Source: Longimicrobiales bacterium (GTDB taxonomy: Bacteria > Gemmatimonadota > Gemmatimonadetes > Longimicrobiales > Gaopeijiaceae). From it: 64,000 nt of DNA. Both the position numbers and the translations under genes were made by a program. Below, one piece after another: positions 1 to 10,506 of this stretch (its first letter is position 1; each line of letters opens with the position of its first letter). The stretch lies in contig CBDFIQ010000001.1 of assembly GCA_965248195.1 (NCBI GenBank), positions 320,001 through 384,000 of the forward strand. The letters run 5' to 3'. A model generated the notes under the pieces. The model ran no database searches, had not been told where the DNA came from, and worked only from the letters and a program-made list of their open reading frames with translations.

Positions 1-1394
1 ACACAGAGGCTGTAGCAGCCCTGGTCGACCACGGTGCGGTGATGGACGCAAGGGAGTCCCAGTGGGGACAGACGCCCCTGATGTTCGCGGCGGCGTTCGA
101 CCGGGTCGAGGCCGTGAACATGCTTCTGGAGCGTGGCGCAGACCTCACGATCACGGCGAAGGTCGTGGATATCATTGAACGCGAAGCCGAGGATCGGATC
201 GCCCGCGCACGTCGCAACACGCTTCAGGTAGCGCTCCAGTCGACCCAGCAGCAGGGGGCCGAACCGCCGTCGCGTCCAGGTGCCGCGGCCGAGCCGCGTC
301 GCGCGGCGGAGGAGCCGGCCCGGGGGCAGGGCGCCTATCCGAGCGAGCGGCCGGGGCCTACACAGGGGGCGCCGCAAGAGACGCCACTCCTCCCGGATGA
401 GATCGATCCCCTTTCCTACGCCGACCTGGTGGGCACACACGGGGGTCTTTCGGCGCTCCTCCTCGCGGCTCGAGAAGGCCATGTCGAGTCCGTACGGGCT
501 CTACTGGACGCTGGCGCCGACATCGATGCGTTGGGTGCGGGCGACCATACGAGTCCCATGCTGATGGCTGCGGTCAATGGCCACTTCGATTTGGTGGAGC
601 AGCTCTTGGAGTGGGGAGCGGATCCGAATTTGGCGAGCGACGCGGGTGCCACGCCGCTCTATGCGGTGCTCAACATGGAGTGGGCGCCCAAAGCGCGTCA
701 TGCACAGCCGGTCGACTATCGGCAGCAGGAGGTGGCCTACCTGAATTTGATGGAGATGCTGCTGGAGGCTGGAGTGGACCCCAATGTTCGACTGAAGAAG
801 AACCTGTGGTACACGACGTACGGTCGGGACATGTTGGGTGTGAATCGAACGGGAGCGACGCCGTTTTGGCGTGCCGCCCATGCGACGGACGTCGCGGCCA
901 TGCGCCTGCTTCTGGCCTACGGTGCGGATCCGAACATCCCGACCCAGGTGGTGCCCTCCCGAAGGGGCCGTCGGGATCAGCTAGAGGACCTGTCAGGGAT
1001 GCTGCCAGTTCCGGTCGGCGGGCCCGCAGTGGCCCCGATCCTCGCGGCCTCGGGCGTGGGGTATGGTCAGGGCTACGCAGGCAACACGCACCGGCATGTG
1101 CCGGACGGATGGATTCCGGCTGTGACGTTCCTCCACGAAGAGCTCGGTGCCGACGTGAACGCAAGGGATCATGACGGCTACTCTCCGGTCCACCACGCTG
1201 CGGCCAGGGGTGACAACGAGCTGATCCTCTACCTGGTCTCGCAGGGCGCCGACGTGACGTTGGTGAGCCGGCGAGGGCAGACCACCGTCGATATGGCGAA
1301 CGGCCCCGTGCAGCGTATCCAGCCGTTCCCCGCGACGATCGAGCTCCTCGAGAGCCTGGGCGCCATCAACAACCACAACTGTGTGTTATGCTGA
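1..1394 (+). CDS. Ankyrin-repeat protein, 5' end probably upstream of the window; C-terminal NNHNCVLC
   Basis: Repeated ankyrin motifs (GQTPLMFAA, GATPLYAV, GATPFWRAA, GYSPVHHAA); frame appears open to the window edge. Confidence 0.9.
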   Translation, partial: TEAVAALVDHGAVMDARESQWGQTPLMFAAAFDRVEAVNMLLERGADLTITAKVVDIIEREAEDRIARARRNTLQVALQSTQQQGAEPPSRPGAAAEPRRAAEEPARGQGAYPSERPGPTQGAPQETPLLPDEIDPLSYADLVGTHGGLSALLLAAREGHVESVRALLDAGADIDALGAGDHTSPMLMAAVNGHFDLVEQLLEWGADPNLASDAGATPLYAVLNMEWAPKARHAQPVDYRQQEVAYLNLMEMLLEAGVDPNVRLKKNLWYTTYGRDMLGVNRTGATPFWRAAHATDVAAMRLLLAYGADPNIPTQVVPSRRGRRDQLEDLSGMLPVPVGGPAVAPILAASGVGYGQGYAGNTHRHVPDGWIPAVTFLHEELGADVNARDHDGYSPVHHAAARGDNELILYLVSQGADVTLVSRRGQTTVDMANGPVQRIQPFPATIELLESLGAINNHNCVLC

Positions 1395-1448
1395 TACGGG
1401 CGCTGCTCAACCGTCGAGGCCGGGGATACCGAGCCTGACAAGGCCGGG

Positions 1449-2114
1449 TTACTGATTCGCTTCTCCGGCCCGTATCTGGAGGACTTCGATCGTGGCACCC
1501 TGCGGGCAAAGTGTCGAATCGGCGATGCCCCCCTCGACGACGACGCGGTCTCCAGCCTCGAAGCCCGAGAGGTCCCCCACCAGGGTGTAGAGCACACCCT
1601 CGTCGGTCAGCAATCCGGGCACCGGGCAATCCCCGACTCCGTTCGTGATCCGACCTTGCCTCTCCACCGTTCCATCCGGAGTGAGCACGAAGAACTCGTC
1701 CGACACAGCGATCGGGATGAAGTAGAAGTCGAAGACGATGAAAATGTGAGTCAGGTCGGGTTGCGTCCAGGACGGGACGGTCACCGTCAAGGAGAGCTCA
1801 CCCCTATCGTTGGTCATGGCCTGGCCGATCTCCTCGAAGCCCACTTCGGTGGCCCCAATGCCGATCCGTACCGGGGTGATCGCCGGCATGCCGGTCGCGC
1901 TGAGGGTGACGACCGTTCCGGCTCGCCCGCTTCGTGGAGAGAGGGTCTCGATCCGGCGAGACACGGCGTGCAGAGAGCTTTCCAGGGGATTGGGCGTCTG
2001 GGCGGCCACCTCCCGGCCCGGCCCGAAGCCCAAGACGATCCCCACGGCCGCGATCGCGACGACGGATAGAGGGCTCCCATCCCGGCGCCAAGGATTTACC
2101 TTATTGATCCGCAT
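1449..2114 (-). CDS. Hypothetical exported protein
   Basis: Long ORF with hydrophobic N-terminal segment; start uncertain. Confidence 0.6.
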   Translation of the reverse strand: MRINKVNPWRRDGSPLSVVAIAAVGIVLGFGPGREVAAQTPNPLESSLHAVSRRIETLSPRSGRAGTVVTLSATGMPAITPVRIGIGATEVGFEEIGQAMTNDRGELSLTVTVPSWTQPDLTHIFIVFDFYFIPIAVSDEFFVLTPDGTVERQGRITNGVGDCPVPGLLTDEGVLYTLVGDLSGFEAGDRVVVEGGIADSTLCPQGATIEVLQIRAGEANQ

Positions 2115-2284
2115 GAGTCTTCTCCGTCGCTTCTGGGCCTCTCGGGCCGAATCCATGCTGGCACCCCGGAATATAGGACGCCATCATCGGAGGACGATAG
2201 GGAGGGGACGACCCTTCGGTTTTCCGTTCCTGAAACCCCGGACAACTCGCTGTGTAGTCTCTCGGACACGCCATGGAGGTCTCA

Positions 2285-3091
2285 ATGAAAACACGCAGCG
2301 CGGTATACGGGCTGTTCCTGGTATTCGTCAGCGCGGGGCTCTCGGCCCAAGAGCGGCCCAATACGATGTTCCTCGAGGAGCTCACGTGGACCGAGGTGCG
2401 CGAAGCGATCGACAACGGCACCACGACGATCATCGTACCGACGGCCGGGACGGAGCAGAACGGACCGCACATGGTGCTCGGGAAGCACAAGTTCATCATC
2501 AACCACACGTCCGACCTCATCGCCCGCGAGCTGGACAACGCGCTCGTGGCTCCTGTGGTCACGTACGTGCCCGAGGGATCTGTCGAGAACATCGGCGGCC
2601 ATATGCGCTATGCGGGGACGATCACGCTCCCGAACGAGTACTTCATGAAGCTGCTGGAGTACGCGGCGCGGAGCCTGGCGATCCATGGCTTCACCGACAT
2701 CGTCTTCATCGGCGACAGCGGCGGAAATCAGGGCGGAATGCGGGACGTATCAGCCATGCTCAACGAGGAGTGGGCGGGCGAGCCGGCTCGAGTCCACTTC
2801 GTAGGAGACTACTACTCCGCTTCACGCACGGAATTCCGGGAATGGTTGATGGAGGAGCACGGTGAGACCGACGAGACGATCGGCGGCCACGCCGGGATCA
2901 GCGACACGTCGCAGCTCCTCTACGTCGCGCCCCAGCACATCCGAGGGGACCGGCTGGCTCCCCTCGGTGGTGGCGAAGGCAGCGGGGTCTCGGGCGATCC
3001 CACGAGGGCATCGTTCGAGCGGGGCCGGAGGGGGATCGAGGTCAAGGTCGAAACGGCGCTGCGGCAGATCCGGGAGCTCATGCGAGGGTAG
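2285..3091 (+). CDS. Creatininase/creatinine amidohydrolase family protein with signal peptide
   Basis: EELTW.EV, GTEQNGPHM, GDSGGN and GHAGISDTS motifs; GGAGG SD before ATG 2285. Confidence 0.85.
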   Translation: MKTRSAVYGLFLVFVSAGLSAQERPNTMFLEELTWTEVREAIDNGTTTIIVPTAGTEQNGPHMVLGKHKFIINHTSDLIARELDNALVAPVVTYVPEGSVENIGGHMRYAGTITLPNEYFMKLLEYAARSLAIHGFTDIVFIGDSGGNQGGMRDVSAMLNEEWAGEPARVHFVGDYYSASRTEFREWLMEEHGETDETIGGHAGISDTSQLLYVAPQHIRGDRLAPLGGGEGSGVSGDPTRASFERGRRGIEVKVETALRQIRELMRG

Positions 3092-3145
3092 GGTGCATCG
3101 CGCCAGGCGGCCTACCAGCCCCGGGGGTGCTGGAGCGTAGCGACG

Positions 3146-3391
3146 CTAGTCGTTATGAGCCTGCTCGTACTTCCGCTGCTCGATCACGCGCTCCGTCGCT
3201 TGGGCCTTGTCACGCTTCTTCGCGGCTCTCATGCTCATGGCCCTCGTGGACGATGAGTGGACCCTCGGTAGGGAGAGCAACCGCTTGAGATCCTGGCTCT
3301 GGCAGGAGGGGCACTCAGGCTCTGTGTCTCCCCGGACCAATGTCTCGAACTCATGCCCGCACGCTTCACAGGAGTACTCGTAGATCGGCAT
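3146..3391 (-). CDS. FmdB-family zinc-ribbon regulatory protein
   Basis: MPIYEYSCEACGHEFE...CPSC signature. Confidence 0.9.
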   Translation of the reverse strand: MPIYEYSCEACGHEFETLVRGDTEPECPSCQSQDLKRLLSLPRVHSSSTRAMSMRAAKKRDKAQATERVIEQRKYEQAHND

Positions 3392-3502
3392 TTATTCCTC
3401 CATTTGGACCCCCTAATGTTCCACGAAAGACGGGCACCGGGCAAGCTCTCGACGTGATGGAGGTCCTCCTTACGGGCGTCGATCCGCGCGTTTCATTGAG
3501 GA

Positions 3503-4012
3503 TCAGTCCCTGCCGGGGTCGATCCGCACGATGGTGTAGATAATCGACTCTGGAATCTCGGAGAAGTAGTGCGGCGTGCCCGCTGCGATGATGATAATGT
3601 CGCCCTCGGCGACCTGACGGGTCACCGCACCTTCCATGCCGTTCCCCGTCCACCCGGGCCCCGACGTCCCGGGTCGGCGAGCCGTGCTCCCACTCCCACG
3701 GGGCCGCGGATCGATCAGGCGCCCGCCGGTGACCATTGTGCCTGAGCCTTCCAGGACGGTGTAGACCTCGGTGACTTCGCTGTGGATCGTGCCGGCGACG
3801 ACGTTCGCCGCCCGGCCCCGAGAAACGACAGCGACGCTGACATCATACCCGCCCACATCGAGGGTCCGTATCGGCGTGTCAATGATGCCGGGCACGATCT
3901 CGATCGCGTTCTCCAAGGTGGCTTGAATGTCGCCGGCCGTCACATCGACCGCCGGGATGGATGTCGAGCCCGCCTGCGCTAGCACGAGCAAGGCTCCAAG
4001 AATGTTCGACAT
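3503..4012 (-). CDS. Cupin-domain exported protein
   Basis: H..VTEVY.VLEGSG and GDIIIIAAGTPH cupin motifs. Confidence 0.8.
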   Translation of the reverse strand: MSNILGALLVLAQAGSTSIPAVDVTAGDIQATLENAIEIVPGIIDTPIRTLDVGGYDVSVAVVSRGRAANVVAGTIHSEVTEVYTVLEGSGTMVTGGRLIDPRPRGSGSTARRPGTSGPGWTGNGMEGAVTRQVAEGDIIIIAAGTPHYFSEIPESIIYTIVRIDPGRD

Positions 4013-4201
4013 GGCCCCTCCGTTCCTTGTTCACGACGACCTTACGCATCAAACTCGATCGACCGGATTATAGGTGGAGAGCCGTTGTCGCGCAGCCTTT
4101 GAAGGCTGGAGTCCACCCCCATTCACTCACCGCCGGCCATCCACACATGCGCTCGTCCGACCCTTGCATGGGCAGACGGCAAGCGTTCACCTTGAGTCAC
4201 C

Positions 4202-5185
4202 ATGTTTGTGCCTGAGGCCTTTCCGATCGCTCTGCTCATGATGATCACCAGCATGATTTGCTGGGGATCGTGGGCAAACACCTACAAGCTGACCAAGGGC
4301 TATCGGTTCGAGCTGTTCTACTGGGACTATGCGATCGGGATCTTTCTGATCTCTGTGGTCCTGGCGCTGACGCTCGGCTCGATGGGGTCGACGCCCGAGG
4401 GTTTCTTCCTCAACGTGCGTCTGGCGGACCCGTCCAACGTCGCGTACGCCATGGTCGGCGGGGTGATCTTCAACGTGGCCAATCTGCTGCTCGTAGCGGG
4501 AATCGAGCTCGTCGGGCTGGCGGTGGCGTTTCCCGTGGCGATCGGCATCGCGCTCGTGGTCGGCGTCGTCCTCAGCTACGCCGTTCAGCAGACCGGCGAT
4601 CCGTGGCTGCTCGGACTGGGAGTCTCCCTCGCCATCGTGGCCGTCATCATGGACGGCCAGGCGTACGCCAGGCTGAGCGCCCAGCGTCAGGTCGTTCCGC
4701 GGAAGGGCATCATGGTATGTCTCGTGTCGGGGCTTCTGATGGGATTGTTTGCACCCTTTGTGACGAGGGCGCTCACGGCCGGGGAGCCCTTGGGTCCGTA
4801 CAGCATCGCGGTGTTCTTCACGCTTGGTGCCTTGCTCTCGTGCTTCATCGTGAACGTGTACTTCATGAGGCATCCGATTGCCGGCCCGCCAGTGACGTTC
4901 GGTGACTACGTGTCGGCTCGGCCCGTCGACCACGGCCTCGGGATTCTGGGTGGGGCCGTCTGGGGCGTCGGAACCGTCTTCAATTTCGTCGCGGCGAGCC
5001 TGGTCGGAGTGGCGATCGCGTATGCGATCGGCCAGGCGGCTCCGATGGTCGCCGCGGCATGGGGCGTCTTCGTATGGAGCGAGTTTCGGGGGGCTCCACG
5101 CAGCTCCTGGCTGTATCTGGGTGCGATGTTCATCCTGTACCTTCTGGCCATCGTTGTCATCTCGCGGGCGTACCTGGCCGGATGA
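4202..5185 (+). CDS. GRP/DMT-family transporter (sugar/ureide permease-like)
   Basis: CWGSWANT and RFELFYWDY motifs, about 10 hydrophobic helices; in operon with nucleoside hydrolase and ribokinase. Confidence 0.8.
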   Translation: MFVPEAFPIALLMMITSMICWGSWANTYKLTKGYRFELFYWDYAIGIFLISVVLALTLGSMGSTPEGFFLNVRLADPSNVAYAMVGGVIFNVANLLLVAGIELVGLAVAFPVAIGIALVVGVVLSYAVQQTGDPWLLGLGVSLAIVAVIMDGQAYARLSAQRQVVPRKGIMVCLVSGLLMGLFAPFVTRALTAGEPLGPYSIAVFFTLGALLSCFIVNVYFMRHPIAGPPVTFGDYVSARPVDHGLGILGGAVWGVGTVFNFVAASLVGVAIAYAIGQAAPMVAAAWGVFVWSEFRGAPRSSWLYLGAMFILYLLAIVVISRAYLAG

Positions 5186-5217
5186 ACGGATGTCGAGAAC
5201 GAGGGCATGATGTGACG

Positions 5218-6255
5218 ATGAAGCTTGGGCGTGTGCTCTGCCTGACGGCGCTGGTGGTGTCCATGGATACTGGAGGCGCGGTTGCTCAGCAGCACAGGGT
5301 GATCTTCGACACCGACTTTGCGGTCCCTCCGCAGGACGATGGGATGGCGCTGATCTTGGCGTTGCACTCCCCGGAGATCGAGATCCTGGGCCTCACGACG
5401 GTCGCGGGGAACTTCAGCATGGAGCGCGCCACCAGCGATGTGCTTCGGGTGCTCGAGATTGCTCAGCGGACGGACATCCCCGTGTATCGCGGGGCCGACA
5501 TGCCGCTCGTTCACGAGAAATCGGACTACGCCGCGCTCGTTTGGGGCGAGTGGTGGTCCGACGAGCCACCGCCGCCACCGCCGGGTGGGTTTGCCACGAA
5601 GCAGGCCGAGGCGATCGGAGCTGCCGAGTTCATCGTGCAGACGGTGAAAGCGCATCCAGGTGAGATCACGATCCTGGCGATCGGGCCGCTCACGAACGTC
5701 GCGATGGCGATCAGACAGGCGCCGGATATCGCACCCAACGTGAAGCAGATCGTGATCATGGGTGGCGCCATCGCCCGGCTGCCGGACGGGCACGGCAACG
5801 TCACGCCAAACGCCGAGTTCAACTTCTGGGTAGACCCGGAGGCCGCTCGCGCTGTGCTCAGGTCCGGCATTCCGATCGTCCTCTCGCCGCTCAACGTCTC
5901 GCGGAAGACGGGCCTGACGAAAGAGTGGTACGAGCGGATGGCCGCCACGGATACGCCGATCACGCGCCTCATCCGAGCGACGATGGGGCCGCGGTTCGAG
6001 AGCCGTCCGGACGCGAGTGAGCTCATGTACGACCAGGTCGCCGTGGCCAGTTTGATCGACCCGTCCCTCGTCACGACGCGCGAGCTCTACGTGGACGTCG
6101 ACGATACGCCGGGCCTCAATTACGGCGTGTCGGTCGGCGGCGATCAGATCTGGCCCGGGGCAGAAGGGGCGCAGCGCATGAGCGTGCAATACGACCTCGA
6201 CTGGGAGCGCTTCATCACCATGTTCGTCGAGCGTGTCACGCGCCCCATCCCTTAG
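5218..6255 (+). CDS. Inosine/uridine-preferring nucleoside hydrolase family, with signal peptide
   Basis: DTD...QDD, TTVAGN, IGPLTNVA and AEFNFWVDPEAA motifs. Confidence 0.9.
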   Translation: MKLGRVLCLTALVVSMDTGGAVAQQHRVIFDTDFAVPPQDDGMALILALHSPEIEILGLTTVAGNFSMERATSDVLRVLEIAQRTDIPVYRGADMPLVHEKSDYAALVWGEWWSDEPPPPPPGGFATKQAEAIGAAEFIVQTVKAHPGEITILAIGPLTNVAMAIRQAPDIAPNVKQIVIMGGAIARLPDGHGNVTPNAEFNFWVDPEAARAVLRSGIPIVLSPLNVSRKTGLTKEWYERMAATDTPITRLIRATMGPRFESRPDASELMYDQVAVASLIDPSLVTTRELYVDVDDTPGLNYGVSVGGDQIWPGAEGAQRMSVQYDLDWERFITMFVERVTRPIP

Positions 6256-6273
6256 CATAGGTGCCAGGAGCGA

Positions 6274-7236
6274 ATGAGCCGTTCGCCACGTATCGCTGTC
6301 GTCGGGAGCGCGAACGTCGATCTTACGACGTTGGTTCATCGCTTCCCGAAGCCGGGCGAGACCGTCTTCGGAAGGGAGTTTCATCTCGGGTTCGGCGGGA
6401 AAGGAGCCAACCAGGCTGTAGCGGCGCGCCGGTGCGGTGCGGACGTCCAGATGGTGGCGCGGGTGGGGGATGACCTCTTCGGGCCCGCGACCATCGAGCA
6501 CATCGATGCAGAAGGGATCGACACCACGCACGTCGAAGCGATCGCGAACACGTCGACCGGCGTCGCGCCGATCCTGGTGGACGACACGGGACAGAACTCT
6601 ATTCTCGTGGTCAAGGGTGCGAACGACCTGCTCATGCCCGGCGACGTCGACCGCGCAGCCGAGGCCCTCTCGCAGGCCGACTGCATCGTTTTGCAGCTCG
6701 AGATTCCACTGGAAACCGTGTACCACACGATCGAGCTGGCACGGTCACATGGTATTCGTTGCATCCTGAACCCTGCTCCGGGGCAGCCCTTGGACCTGGC
6801 GCGCATCGCATCGGTCGACTATCTGATCCCGAACGAGAGCGAAGCAGAAGAGATCGGTGGCATGGCCGTGCAGAGCAGCGGGGACGCAGCGGCGTGCGCA
6901 GCAGGGCTTCTTGATCGGGGCATTCAACGGGTCGTCATCACCCTCGGTGCGCAGGGCGCGCTGGTTGCGGGAAGCGACGGCACACGAGTCGTGCCGCCCT
7001 TTGAAGTCGAAGCGATCGACACGACCGGTGCCGGAGATGCGTTCATCGGCAGCTTCGCGACGTTCCTCGCCGAGGGCCGATCAGAGGGAGACGCACTCGA
7101 GCAGGCGAGCCTTTATGCTGCACTCTCCACGACCCGGGTCGGCACGCGTGAGGCGTTTCTCGACCGGGCGGCGTTCGAGAAGGAGCGAGAGAGACGGCAG
7201 GGAGACACGGAGGCAAGCGCGCGAGCGGGGTCCTGA
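6274..7236 (+). CDS. rbsK: Ribokinase (PfkB family)
   Basis: GGKGANQAVAA, LQLEIP, PNESEA and DTTGAGDAF motifs. Confidence 0.92.
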   Translation: MSRSPRIAVVGSANVDLTTLVHRFPKPGETVFGREFHLGFGGKGANQAVAARRCGADVQMVARVGDDLFGPATIEHIDAEGIDTTHVEAIANTSTGVAPILVDDTGQNSILVVKGANDLLMPGDVDRAAEALSQADCIVLQLEIPLETVYHTIELARSHGIRCILNPAPGQPLDLARIASVDYLIPNESEAEEIGGMAVQSSGDAAACAAGLLDRGIQRVVITLGAQGALVAGSDGTRVVPPFEVEAIDTTGAGDAFIGSFATFLAEGRSEGDALEQASLYAALSTTRVGTREAFLDRAAFEKERERRQGDTEASARAGS

Positions 7237-7306
7237 CGCATACGAATGGCGAACACCTAGGGGAGTGTGGCTGCATGCCACCGAACGTTTCGAGGAGGAT
7301 AGTCCT

Positions 7307-9022
7307 ATGAGAAATCGAGCCGTCTTGACGGCCGTCGCGCTGGCCATGGTAGTGGGGTTGGGACTCACGATCGACGAAGTGGCCGCTGCGCAGTCTGGGC
7401 CGGTGACCGACGAGATGCTGCGCAACCCGGATCCCGACGACTGGCTGATGATGCGGCGCACCTACGATGCGCACAGCTTCAGCCCCTTGGATCAGATCAA
7501 CCGGGACAACGTGCAGGACTTGGAGCTCGTGTGGGCGTGGGGGATCGAGAAGACTCTGATTCGCGTGGATGATCAAGTCGGGCCGATCGTCCACGACGGC
7601 GTCATGTATCTGTCTATGCCCGGCGGCTTGGTGCAGGCTCTTGATGCCGCTACGGGCGACTTCCTTTGGGAGTTTCGCCACCCGATGACGGGTCGCTTCG
7701 AGGGACGACCCGGGGGGATTCGAGGCGGACTCGTGCTCTATGGGGACAAGGCCTACGTGCACACTGCGGACGGAAAGTTAGTAGCCATCAACACCGCTGA
7801 CGGCAGCCTGGCCTGGGAGAGTACGGTCTTCAACCCGGAGGACCGCTACTCCATCTCGAGCACCGGGATAGTCGTGGACGGAAAGATCCTGTCTGGTGTG
7901 CGTTGCGGCGGATTCGGGGTGAACCGCTGCTTCATTGTCGCGCATGACGCGCAGACTGGTCGGGAACTGTGGCGAAGGTACACGACCGCCGCTCCGGGAG
8001 AGCCGGGAGGCGAAACATGGGCCGGCCTCGACCTGATCTTCCGGGCTGGTGGTGATCCCTGGATGACGGGCACCTACGACCCGGAGTTGGACCTCATTTT
8101 CTGGGGCGCAGCCCAGGCCAAGCCCTGGCATCGCGTGAGTAGGGAGACGGGGGACTCCGAGCTTCTGTACACGAGCTCTACTCTGGCGCTCGATCCCGAC
8201 ACAGGCGAGATCGAATGGCACTACCAGTACGTCCCCGGTGAGAGCTTCGACATGGACGAGCACTTCGCCTTCATAAACGTCGACGTCGAAGGACGCGAGT
8301 CCGGCTTCATGATGGGAAAGCACGGCATCCTGTGGGAAGTCGATCGGGAGACCGGCGAGCTGATCCGAGCGAGTGACACCGGCCTGCAGAACCTCGCGGA
8401 CATCGATCCCGAGACAGGGTTCGTGGGCTACCGGCCGGGCATGGTCGCGCCGATCGGTGAGAGTGTCTTCATGTGCCCCAGTCTGTCGGGGTTCAAGACC
8501 GCACGGGAGATGGCCTACAACCCGCTGACGCAGGCATTCTATATCCCCATGTCGCTCAACTGTGCACAGCAAGGTTTTGTCGAGATGGCGTATGTGGAGG
8601 GCGGCGGGGGTGTGGGTGGCTGCTGCCGAGTCGCGGAGTTCCACCCCGACTATCCCGGAATCCTTGGACAGCTGCTCGCCATGGATGTCAACGGCGAGGA
8701 GCTCTGGGCGCATCGGCAGAAGGCTCAGCTGAGCAGCTCGGTCATGAGCACGGCGGGCGGCCTGGCCTTCGTTGGTGACACCGAACGCTACGTCCGTGCT
8801 TTCGACACCGAGACGGGGGAGGTTCTATGGCGGACCCGCCTCACCACGAAGATTTCCGGGTGGCCGATGAGTTATGGTGTGGATGGGCGACAATACATCG
8901 CGATCATAACGGGTCTGGATGCGCACGGTTGGATTGCCAGGGTCGCACGACCTCTGCAGCCCGAAATCGTATGGCCGCTGGCTGGAACAGCGGTGTTCGT
9001 GTTCGCTCTGCCGGAAGACTAG
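7307..9022 (+). CDS. PQQ-dependent alcohol-dehydrogenase-like quinoprotein
   Basis: FSPLDQINRDNV.DLEL.W, ALDAATG..LW and W.TGTYDPEL..IFWG motifs; GAGGAGG SD before 7307. Confidence 0.88.
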   Translation: MRNRAVLTAVALAMVVGLGLTIDEVAAAQSGPVTDEMLRNPDPDDWLMMRRTYDAHSFSPLDQINRDNVQDLELVWAWGIEKTLIRVDDQVGPIVHDGVMYLSMPGGLVQALDAATGDFLWEFRHPMTGRFEGRPGGIRGGLVLYGDKAYVHTADGKLVAINTADGSLAWESTVFNPEDRYSISSTGIVVDGKILSGVRCGGFGVNRCFIVAHDAQTGRELWRRYTTAAPGEPGGETWAGLDLIFRAGGDPWMTGTYDPELDLIFWGAAQAKPWHRVSRETGDSELLYTSSTLALDPDTGEIEWHYQYVPGESFDMDEHFAFINVDVEGRESGFMMGKHGILWEVDRETGELIRASDTGLQNLADIDPETGFVGYRPGMVAPIGESVFMCPSLSGFKTAREMAYNPLTQAFYIPMSLNCAQQGFVEMAYVEGGGGVGGCCRVAEFHPDYPGILGQLLAMDVNGEELWAHRQKAQLSSSVMSTAGGLAFVGDTERYVRAFDTETGEVLWRTRLTTKISGWPMSYGVDGRQYIAIITGLDAHGWIARVARPLQPEIVWPLAGTAVFVFALPED

Positions 9023-9087
9023 GGCTACTTGGTTCGAGGAGGGTGGGCGGAGGCCCTTTCAGGGTAAACCACAGAAGGTGAGGAGTC

Positions 9088-10332
9088 ATGAACGTGAAGG
9101 TGCCCAGGAACCGTATGGTAGTCGCTGCCGTGGCGGTGAGCTTGGTCGTAGTGGGCTGTGAGTCAGGCGGTACGGGCGATGCCCCAGGCACTGCGGGAAC
9201 GCCCGGGACGCAGGGCACCGGGAACTACCCTCCTGATGCGTCCGGACCGCAGGTACCGGCCGGCGTGGCGCAATTCGCAGTAGACCCGTTCTGGCCGCAG
9301 CCACTGCCGGATAACTGGATCTTGGGGCAGGTCGCCGGCCAGTCCGTGGACAATGACGACAACGTGTGGATCATCCACCGGCCTTGGAGTGCCCAGGCTA
9401 TGAACGCAGGCTCCACCCCACTGCAAACGACGCGTGATCAGACCTGGGGCCACGATCCTCTCTTGAGCCTTTGCTGCGTCACCGCCCCACCGGTCATCGC
9501 GTTCGACCCGCAGGGGAAAGTCATTCACGCGTGGGGTGGCGACAGTCCCACCGGTGAGTATCAGTGGTTCAACGGTGAGCACGGGATTCACGTCGACCAC
9601 AACAACTTCGTGTGGGTCGCGGGAAATGGTGCGAATGACCACCACATGTTGAAGTTCACGAGGGACGGGGAATTCGTTCTTCAGATCGGGACGGTTGGGG
9701 AGAGCGAAGCGAGTAACGATCCGAACTCCCTCAACGGGGCCGCGGTCATGGAGGTGGACCCTGAGACGAACGAGATCTACGTGGCCGACGGTGGTCGCCT
9801 GGTCGTCTTTGACGCGGAGACGGGAGAGTTTCTCAGGCACTGGGGAGCCTATGGGCAGCCGCCCGTTGACGGGGACACAGGCCGCCCGAGCCCGCGGGAC
9901 CCCAACGCGCCGCCGAGCCGCACCTGGAGCCGGCCGGTGCATGGGATGGCGATCTCCGACGACGGGCTTGTATTTGTGGCAGACCGTCCCAACAACCGGA
10001 TTCAGGTTTTCCAGAAGGACGGGTCGTACGTGACCGAGACGGTCCTCCAACCGCAGACTTTCGGATTGGGATCGACGGACGGTGTGGAGTTGGATCCTTT
10101 GGATAGCGAGCGGCGGTTCATCTATGTTCCGGATGCGATGGACAACAAGATCTGGACCCTCGATCGCGAGACGCTGGAGGTGGTCTACTCCTGGGGGCGC
10201 GGGAGAATACAGCCCGGCCAGTTCGACTGGCTGCATTACATAGCCTTCGATTCCCAAGGAAATATGTATACCGGCGAAGTGCAGACCGGGCATCGGATCC
10301 AGAAGTTCGTGCGGCTCAACGGGGCACCATGA
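9088..10332 (+). CDS. NHL-repeat beta-propeller lipoprotein (PAL-like)
   Basis: Lipobox VVGC; WPQPLPDNWILGQVAG, HGIHVD and VADRPNNRIQVF. Confidence 0.85.
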   Translation: MNVKVPRNRMVVAAVAVSLVVVGCESGGTGDAPGTAGTPGTQGTGNYPPDASGPQVPAGVAQFAVDPFWPQPLPDNWILGQVAGQSVDNDDNVWIIHRPWSAQAMNAGSTPLQTTRDQTWGHDPLLSLCCVTAPPVIAFDPQGKVIHAWGGDSPTGEYQWFNGEHGIHVDHNNFVWVAGNGANDHHMLKFTRDGEFVLQIGTVGESEASNDPNSLNGAAVMEVDPETNEIYVADGGRLVVFDAETGEFLRHWGAYGQPPVDGDTGRPSPRDPNAPPSRTWSRPVHGMAISDDGLVFVADRPNNRIQVFQKDGSYVTETVLQPQTFGLGSTDGVELDPLDSERRFIYVPDAMDNKIWTLDRETLEVVYSWGRGRIQPGQFDWLHYIAFDSQGNMYTGEVQTGHRIQKFVRLNGAP

Positions 10333-10415
10333 CCGCCAAAGGCCTCGCGTTCATGGCCAACCGGTGACCCGCTACAGGAAATCCGCGGAATCGGACCCGA
10401 TTGGCGGCAACGCGC

Positions 10416-10445
10416 TTGACATCCCTCAGCGCCCGCTTCTACGTT
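10416..10445 (+). promoter_or_regulatory. Putative sigma70 promoter of the DUF1592 operon
   Basis: TTGACA (10416-21), 18-nt spacer, TACGTT (10440-45). Confidence 0.45.
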
Positions 10446-10506
10446 GCTTATTGCTTAAGGTTCAGAATCGACGGGCTCCGTAGAGGGTGCCTGTCTAGGA
10501 GGCAGA

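Noticed and set aside
4906..6726. 606-aa minus-strand ORF and many similar long antisense ORFs
   Set aside because: Shadow frames of well-supported genes in GC-rich DNA; no motifs
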